From a virus (taxonomy: Duplodnaviria > Caudoviricetes): 64,000 bases of DNA. Position numbers and translations under genes: made by a program. How positions within the stretch are numbered: the stretch's first letter is position 1; each line of letters begins with the position of its first letter. This document shows positions 57,105 through 64,000 of the stretch, piece by piece. The notes under the pieces are model-generated. The model saw only the letters and a list, made by a program, of their open reading frames with translations. It did not search any database and was not told the origin of the DNA. The stretch is taken from positions 32,001-96,000 of IMG/VR virus record IMGVR_UViG_3300033068_001957. One strand, 5' to 3'.

Positions 57105-57339
57105 GGAAAGTATTCGCCGCCAATTAAAAAACAATTAGAGTTTAATTGAAAGAGTCTCGGACAATGCTCCCCCTCCCCTCATAGAAACAAGGGTTAGGAG
57201 AGTGCTGTATTAGATTTGTTTTGCTTCGCCCTAATATATAAACCCCCAGCGAATTTTCCATTTTATAAAGCGACGGAGCTTGGGTTCTCACTCCCAGCCA
57301 TAACCGCATACAACCGTGTTTGAAGCTAAACTTACGATT

Positions 57340-57456
57340 AGAAAAAGCAAAAGGCTACCGATCTGTAGGGGATTCACGGTAGCCTTCGCTGGTGTCTAAT
57401 CAGGGGAGGATTGATCTTCCCCTACAGAAGACAACCTTATCATAACAATATTACAC
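57340..57456 (-). ncRNA. candidate structured RNA (terminator-like hairpin whose loop pairs upstream)
   Basis: GTGTAA at 57451-57456; 10-bp stem 57351-60/57377-86; loop 57362-72 is complementary to 57418-28. Confidence 0.45.
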
Positions 57457-57483
57457 GTCTAAAACGATTTTTCAAAGAAATCC

Positions 57484-57512
57484 TTGACATTTGTTGTCTT
57501 TTGTTCTAATAT
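57484..57512 (+). promoter_or_regulatory. sigma70-like early promoter
   Basis: TTGACA-N17-TAATAT before the small-gene cluster; related sites at 25167, 55195, 55344, 61282, 62826. Confidence 0.6.
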
Positions 57513-58730
57513 AACACGTGAAGTCCCACACCATCATTCGCATTTCCCAAAACCAAGGCATCGAACAAGAAATCACACCCACATGTTCCTGCGGTTGGAA
57601 AGGTTGGACAGAATACGCCCACAATGATCATATGTATTCTAATTTAAAAGAACAGGAAGAAAAACATCTAAAAGATTCCGCCGAAGAGGATAAAAAACAT
57701 CTTGCCGAACAATCAAAACAGTAGTAAGTTGTCAACATGACTGACCACGACCTAAATCTCCGCGAACACGCCTACGCAATGACTATCGCTGTTCAAACGA
57801 TGGTAGAAGCAATGGGTATGCAAGCCGAAAACCAATTCCGCCTAGGAAACGGCGATTCGATTCTCTATGGGAAAGAATCGTTCGACGACCTTATTAACAA
57901 AAACGGATGCTGCCACAATGGCGTGTTGTCTTTACTATGGGCTTATTAATATGAAACTTTCTCAAAATGAAAAACGCCTAAAGATTGCAGAGACCTTGGG
58001 TTTTACTGGAATTTTTCAAGAAAAGAATGGCCAATTTTATGGTCATTTTTCTGGCGATATAGATTATATCATTGACGAACATCGAGAGTTGGTTAATTTT
58101 TATCATCTACCGTTTTATTTTGACGATTTAAACGCTTGTATGGATTTTAAGAAATTTCTGAGCGGCGATCAGATTGTGGATTTTATTAATATTTTATATA
58201 ATTTAACTTTTATTCCCAATTCTCTCGATAGGGACTATGGAATCGTCTTTGCCGAAGCAAAACATTATTGTGAGGCTTTCGGGCGGGCTCTAAAACTCTG
58301 GAAAGAAAACGAATAAATAATATGCAAAAAACATATAAAGTAGTCGGGTCAAATGGGGCGCACAGTAATTTGCTCAATACAGTCATTACTGGCGAACAAA
58401 CCCCTATCGTAGGATATGATCAATTTTATTCTTTTGTTATGGGCGAAATCGACTACGATCTAGAAATCCAGATGGTCGATATAGTTGACGGGCAAGAATA
58501 TCTCTTTTGCTGGTTGACAAGCGAAGAAAATTGTGGTAGAGTTGCCCTACAGGAGGTCGAAACGCCATGAAATTAAACAAGTCAAAAGAAAAAACAAAAA
58601 CCCAAAAAGAACAACTTCGGGCGATGTTTCCCGATCTATTTTTCGGCGCGAAAAAGAAAGAAGTCGAAGACTCCAGAAATGAGTTATTTGATTCGCCCGC
58701 GTTCTTGTTTAGAGAGAAAACAAATTTTAA

Positions 58731-59084
58731 ATGAGCCATTCTTATTATCATGCTAAATCGTCTGCCAAAATTCACGGCGGGAAATGGGAAGATTTCATGC
58801 CACTACATTCATGGTTTGATGAAACTAAGGCTCATTTTTGTGATAATCGGCATAGAATTTTACGTCACCATAGCGAAGGAATTTTTTTAGCGGAGAAAAT
58901 TTTTGGCCCCACAATTAAAAATTCAAACAATAAGGACATTCCCACTAGAGTGCTAGGAGAGCAGCATATGATTGAAGATTTCGGCTGGATTCCGAATGTG
59001 GCAGACTGGTTAAACGAACTGCCCATGCAGAAATGGATGTATAAGAAAAGCAAAAAATTAAGCAAAAACCCTACCCTACAATAA
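58731..59084 (+). CDS. DUF6915-like conserved protein
   Basis: HAKSSAK..GG..HSWFDETK..RHRILRHHSEGIF..EQHMIEDFG. Confidence 0.7.
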   Translation: MSHSYYHAKSSAKIHGGKWEDFMPLHSWFDETKAHFCDNRHRILRHHSEGIFLAEKIFGPTIKNSNNKDIPTRVLGEQHMIEDFGWIPNVADWLNELPMQKWMYKKSKKLSKNPTLQ

Positions 59085-59085
59085 T

Positions 59086-59490
59086 ATGACCCTAAACCAA
59101 GCCGTAAAAAACCACAACGCTCGCCAACAATCCCTAGAGGATGATTTCTTTAAAGATTTGTCTGTCTGGATCAAAAAGATCAAGCCAGACGCCACAAGTT
59201 TTGAATTCGACGGCAATCAAGAATCAGATGATGAGGGCGGATCGACTTATTACTTTTCGAGCTTGACAATTAACGGCGAAAGCTTGGAAGAATCTATTGC
59301 GGCGCTTCCTTTTCAGGATTTGAAGGAAAAATTGCCCGACATTTTCGGCGATCTAGAAGAATCTGAATTTAATGAATACGAAGACGCCGACGAACGTATG
59401 GAAGTTTTGATAGACAGTATGAGAGATGCAATGTATGGTCTTCCAGAATTCATTTATGAGCACGGCGAACATAAGATTAAGATTAAATGA
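59086..59490 (+). CDS. acidic hypothetical protein
   Basis: Follows the DUF6915-like gene. Confidence 0.6.
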   Translation: MTLNQAVKNHNARQQSLEDDFFKDLSVWIKKIKPDATSFEFDGNQESDDEGGSTYYFSSLTINGESLEESIAALPFQDLKEKLPDIFGDLEESEFNEYEDADERMEVLIDSMRDAMYGLPEFIYEHGEHKIKIK

Positions 59491-60132
59491 ACAAACCAAA
59501 ATTCCCACTCTGGGACCAATTCGTAGAAGATAAATCAAGCTGGATCGGCGGACTTCTTACAGACCACGATTCAATGATGGGCGATCATTCTACAATTATT
59601 AAAGATATTTGTTTAGAAGAAATCGGCGGCGGATGGGCCTTTTGTGTAGAAGGACATGATTTTGGGTGTTCTTTTAATGTAGAAAATGGCGGCATTTCTG
59701 GCCGTCCCATTGAAGATCAGAGCGGAAAGTCTTTGAACTTTTGGGTTTACGGAGGGTTGAGTTTTACCATCGAAAAGCCATGAAGCCATTACTCATCTCA
59801 ACAACTTTCGCCGTCATGCTAGTTTGTAGCATGCTATATATTTCCCACGCCAAAATCCCAGTAAAATACTCCCAATATTTTGCCGACAAGAAAATCACTC
59901 TTGTTGAACATATGACTTACGCCCAAAAATTGAGTCTGCCGCGAAAGAATGGGTTTGTGAAGTTGGAAGACTAAATGATTTCGGCAATCAAAAGATTTTT
60001 AAGTATTTTTCGCCACAAGTGCGACTTTCTCATTTTTGAGAGAGAAGACCGACAAATAGTAATCAAACGATGCAAATCGTGCAACAAAACAATTTTTCTT
60101 TATAAATAATGGGCTGCTTAAAACAACAGAAT

Positions 60133-60798
60133 ATGATCAAAAAAACAAAAATACAGCAAATAGTAAATTGTTTCGAAACGGGGAGCGCGGAAGGTAATTA
60201 TGGAGCAGTTGATATGTTCTTCGACGGCCCAAATAAGGTCAAACAGCTAACCGCAGGACGAAGTGGTGCGACTCAGTATGGTAATCTGCCAGAGCTTTTT
60301 AAACGCTATGTGCAAGCAAATGGGCAATACGCGCAACAAATCTCTCGATGCTTAAAATGGAGTGTTTCAAATCCAAATTGGACAAGCGATAAAGAATTTC
60401 ATGATTTTATTCGTAAGGCAGGGAACGATCCCATTATGCGAGAAGTTCAAGACAAGCTATTTGACGATAAATACTGGAACCCAGCAATGCTTTGGGCCGA
60501 TAATAATAGCTTCAAAGAAAACTTATCGCTACTCGTAATCTACGATTCTTATATTCACAGCGGCGGAATCCTCTCATTTTTGAGAAAACGCTTCCCTGCC
60601 ATGACGCCAAAAACTGGTGGCGATGAAAAACAGTGGATTACCCAATATCTTGACACGCGCCATCAGTGGTTGAAATATCATAGCAATCCTATTCTTAGGA
60701 ATACCATCTACCGTACCGCAGATATGAAGCGGGCGATTTCTGCTAATGATTGGAATCTTGATTTGACATTTGTTGCTAACTCTGTTAAAGTAGCATAA
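60133..60798 (+). CDS. GH46 (chitosanase-like) endolysin
   Basis: IVNCFETGS..YG..DG..LTAGRSG, DPIMREVQDKLFDDKYWNPA, IYDSYIHSG, YLDTR. Confidence 0.75.
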   Translation: MIKKTKIQQIVNCFETGSAEGNYGAVDMFFDGPNKVKQLTAGRSGATQYGNLPELFKRYVQANGQYAQQISRCLKWSVSNPNWTSDKEFHDFIRKAGNDPIMREVQDKLFDDKYWNPAMLWADNNSFKENLSLLVIYDSYIHSGGILSFLRKRFPAMTPKTGGDEKQWITQYLDTRHQWLKYHSNPILRNTIYRTADMKRAISANDWNLDLTFVANSVKVA

Positions 60799-60799
60799 T

Positions 60800-61048
60800 A
60801 TGACCTTTCTTTATACTTTTCAAGCTCTCTGTCAGGCTGCAACAGCATACTTTACACTAAGGAACAAGCTTGCGTTCTTCGATATTGAAGAGAGAGTAGA
60901 TGCCAGACTAGATAAGATGGAAAAAGAACGCGCCAGACTTAGGCTAATCGCAACACAAGAAACCCAAGCTCAAGCAGATTTAGTGATCAATGAAATAACC
61001 GAAGAAAAACGAAAATTCGCCGCCCTTAAGAAAGAATTTAATCTGTAA
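60800..61048 (+). CDS. putative i-spanin
   Basis: Hydrophobic N-terminus plus coiled coil, located after the endolysin. Confidence 0.5.
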   Translation: MTFLYTFQALCQAATAYFTLRNKLAFFDIEERVDARLDKMEKERARLRLIATQETQAQADLVINEITEEKRKFAALKKEFNL

Positions 61049-61049
61049 T

Positions 61050-61277
61050 ATGAAAATCCTACTAGCAACAACCCTTCTTTTAATTTCTTGCGCCGCTAAG
61101 AAAGAACAAATGACGGCAGTTCAACGTATTTACCAGCCGAAAGTCTTAATTCTTGCACCAGCCACTACTGTAAAAACTATCGACGGCGATTATATCTCTA
61201 ACCCTATCCAGCGAGAAATTTGGCATAGTGCTCAAACAGTTGAAGATTTGGAACAAACACTTTCGAGCTTTAAATAG
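61050..61277 (+). CDS. putative o-spanin lipoprotein
   Basis: MKILLATTLLLISC lipobox, after the putative i-spanin. Confidence 0.6.
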   Translation: MKILLATTLLLISCAAKKEQMTAVQRIYQPKVLILAPATTVKTIDGDYISNPIQREIWHSAQTVEDLEQTLSSFK

Positions 61278-62235
61278 TAGGTTGACAACAATCAAATCAC
61301 GCCCATAGTTACTCCCACTAAATAAAACACATGACTAGTTACTTCCACCTTCCAAAACAACATCCCTTGGCCGTAAAAATGTTCGCCCTCCTTGAAGATC
61401 AAAAAGTTACTAGAGAAGTTTGGTTGGCGTTTATCGCCGAAATTGGAGCTAAGGATGCAACAGGAAACGGAGTCTTCTTTTTCGCCGAAAATAAAAAACC
61501 AAATAAGCTTTGGATCAAGGCTAAAAAACAAAAATGGGATGAAACAGGTTTCATCGTTTCGAAGAAAACAGAAGAGGGAAAAGCTCTTTACAACAAAATA
61601 TGCGATCTTCCAGAGCGAATTGGCGCAGGCACTTCATTGATGCTCAGACTTTTTGGCGATGAACCAAGTCTTAATATTGTCACAGAAGATAGCTCGCAGT
61701 GTCTTATTTTTGATGCTATCCGAGAGCATGGATATATTGGTCTCAAGAAAAAAGACGATGAAATTTATATGGAAGGATCGTCCTTCTGGCTCTTTGGAAA
61801 CAACGATGGCGTGAAAGAACTTATGGCATCTGAATATTTGAATAAATAGTCATGTGGCCCTTCTCATCTAAACCCGAACCAATCTGGGAACAAGTCGAAA
61901 AAAAGTTCCTCCGCCAAAAGACAGATGTTCCATTGCATGTTTGGGATACTATGGATGTATTTAATGTCTACGCTATCACCTACAAAGATGTTTTGACGGG
62001 TAAAAAGAAAATCGAAGAAATTCACGAATTAGTATGGTAAATTATTATACAGACAGCGCCCGAAAGTCTTTGTGGGTATTATCAAATCCAATGGACGGAA
62101 ATTATAAATCCATTATATGTTTCGCGGCGGAAGAAGATTCGGGCTTTCATGTGGGTCAGCGAGCAAATAATCCCAAGCTTGACAACTCCAACTGGCAACC
62201 CCTCGAAGGCGAGATTTCAATTTCAGATATTCTGT

Positions 62236-62763
62236 ATGTTTAATTTTGACCCCTTCTATAAAGAGCATTTTCCGAAGATCAGAGATTACGCCCGCATTCA
62301 TGGTCTGCAACTTGCAGACTGCGAAGACATTTCTCAAGACATCCTTCATGGTTTTTGGCGGAAAATCCAAGATGGGCGGGCGAATCCAAACGATCAGGGA
62401 GTCTTGAAGTATTTATACAAGCTCGCCAAGTGGCGAATCATAGATAAAGCACGAAAAAATATCACCCACAACAAAAACTACGATCAAGTCGGCCCAGAAA
62501 ATGATCTTGACGAGCTAATTAAGGATGAGGACGAAAACCAAGGCTGGAAACGCGAAATCCTCTGGCGGGCAACAAAACAAATTAAACCATTAGTAACAAC
62601 AAAATATTACAACTGCTTTGTGGCCCAAGTTTTTGAAGATAAACACCCAAGCGAAATGCTCAATCTTTACGGAGTTAAAATCGCCAATGCTTATCTGGCG
62701 CGTCATAGGGTCGGCCAAAAAGTAATCGCCGCCGCAAAAGAACTAATCAAGGATGGAATTTAG
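62236..62763 (+). CDS. ECF-type sigma factor
   Basis: HGLQLADCEDISQDI..YLYKLAKWRIIDKARK (region 2); AYLARHRV (region 4). Confidence 0.8.
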   Translation: MFNFDPFYKEHFPKIRDYARIHGLQLADCEDISQDILHGFWRKIQDGRANPNDQGVLKYLYKLAKWRIIDKARKNITHNKNYDQVGPENDLDELIKDEDENQGWKREILWRATKQIKPLVTTKYYNCFVAQVFEDKHPSEMLNLYGVKIANAYLARHRVGQKVIAAAKELIKDGI

Positions 62764-63208
62764 CTTTTTTAACTTCTATCGCTGCTCCAAAGGCTGGCAA
62801 ATTACCATCGGCGAGTTCAAATATTTTGACACCCGCAAAAGCTGGTGTATCTTTCTGTTGAACAAAAGAAAAAACCAACCATTTTACCATAAATTCTGTG
62901 TCTGAACAGCCCAAAAAAGAAACCTTTGCAATAACCTTGGCGAAAGCCCATTTAGAATCTGAGATGACCGATTATATTATCTTTGGAGTCGATAGGAAGA
63001 AAGAGCCGCTAGAACTTATCGAATATTATAATGTTGGTTCGGAAGAAACGCTGGCAAAACTATATAAACTATTTTTGGCGAGGACAGAAAAACATGACTA
63101 ATTCAAATGGCAAGGGCGATAAACCCAGAAGCGGCGCAAATTACTCCGCCTATTGGAATAACTGGCATAAAATGAAAATCGTGGGAAACATCTTCGAAAC
63201 GAAATAAT

Positions 63209-63676
63209 ATGAAACTACTCGGATATCATAACGGCAAACAAGTAGTAGCCTCAATGGCTCGTCATGACTATAACGCTATCGAAGGCGCTATGGCCGATGG
63301 TGGACAACCATCTACACTACAATATGGTGGATATAATCGTTGGAACGGAAAATCTATCTGGTTCCAAGTACCTCAGTCTTTTGCAGAACTCTATAACGAC
63401 TATAGAGACAACGCCGCTAATCGTAAATATGGAATTTGGGATCTTAAAGACGTAAAAATTCTTTCTCCCGAAGAAATTCCAGATACAGAATCTTTTGAAT
63501 GGCGAGCAGAAAATGCAATCTGGGGAACCAAGGGTATCGACGGCACACAGCGAACAAAATACGTCCATTTAAAAGACTGTTCAAAAGAACACCTAGAAAA
63601 GATAGTCGAATTGTGTAAGGCGCGGAATGCAAAAGACGTTCTTCAATACGCCGAATACTGGCTTAATCAAAAATGA
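63209..63676 (+). CDS. conserved phage hypothetical protein
   Basis: SMARHDY..DGG..WGTKGIDGTQ..YVHLKDCSKEHL. Confidence 0.65.
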   Translation: MKLLGYHNGKQVVASMARHDYNAIEGAMADGGQPSTLQYGGYNRWNGKSIWFQVPQSFAELYNDYRDNAANRKYGIWDLKDVKILSPEEIPDTESFEWRAENAIWGTKGIDGTQRTKYVHLKDCSKEHLEKIVELCKARNAKDVLQYAEYWLNQK

Positions 63677-64000
63677 AAACAGACGACGAAATCATTGGCA
63701 CCCAAGATTGGGAACTAGAAGGCTGCGAAGATTAACAAATACACATATGCTGAACGACCTAAAATCACTCTACACGGAAATCTGCGACAGTTGGTCACAC
63801 ATCATTAATCCAATTTTGCTTAAATATCTGAATTTTGCGGATTCTGTTGAAGAAACGCTATTAGTTGCTCTACTACTTCTTGATGACGATTGAACTTTGC
63901 CACGAATAGAGCGCGGCATTCATCTTTTGTCGGGCGTTCTTGATTTTTTCCATCCTAAGACGAAGTTTCCAAGCCTCGCGACTCAGTTTTACTCTTTCGC

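Noticed and set aside
1-64000. CRISPR array, tRNA genes, reverse transcriptase/DGR, inteins, stop-codon reassignment
   Set aside because: No repeat-spacer pattern, T-loop cloverleaf or RT motif was seen; DnaB, RecA and NrdA are normal length; genes are intact in the standard code (visual inspection only)

Overview
This is a 64 kb segment of a large tailed dsDNA bacteriophage (standard genetic code, dense gene packing, no rRNA, tRNA or CRISPR array seen). Left arm (1-24.5 kb, minus strand): DNA replication and recombination genes (DnaQ-like exonuclease, stand-alone PHP domain, HIRAN-nuclease, primase, DnaB, RecA), a ~10 kb sugar-nucleotide/glycosylation island, and nrdAB with a tyrosine-less, class Ic-type beta subunit. 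A ~500 bp non-coding strand-switch region (24.6-25.1 kb) holds paired palindromic repeats and a cluster of GAA-triloop/tandem-G.A ssDNA hairpins (candidate origin). Right arm (mostly plus strand): nucleotide metabolism genes, two sigma factors, ssb, Hsp20, glycosyltransferases, thyX, an inverted lambda-like tail-tip module (L-K-I-J), a GH46-like endolysin with spanin-like genes, and many small early genes. There are six free-standing homing endonucleases and one tnpB with no tnpA. Main finding: the tnpB cassette sits inside the 3' end of a glycosyltransferase gene, directly after TTAT. It brings a synonymously recoded 90-nt replacement of that gene's 3' end, while the displaced original 90 nt follows the omegaRNA right end (TCAA) and would serve as the guide. 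This looks like a natural RNA-guided 'home-and-rescue' gene drive. A GIY-YIG-type endonuclease at 53.7 kb shows the same replacement-tail architecture. All functional calls come from recognising motifs by eye; no database searches were run.
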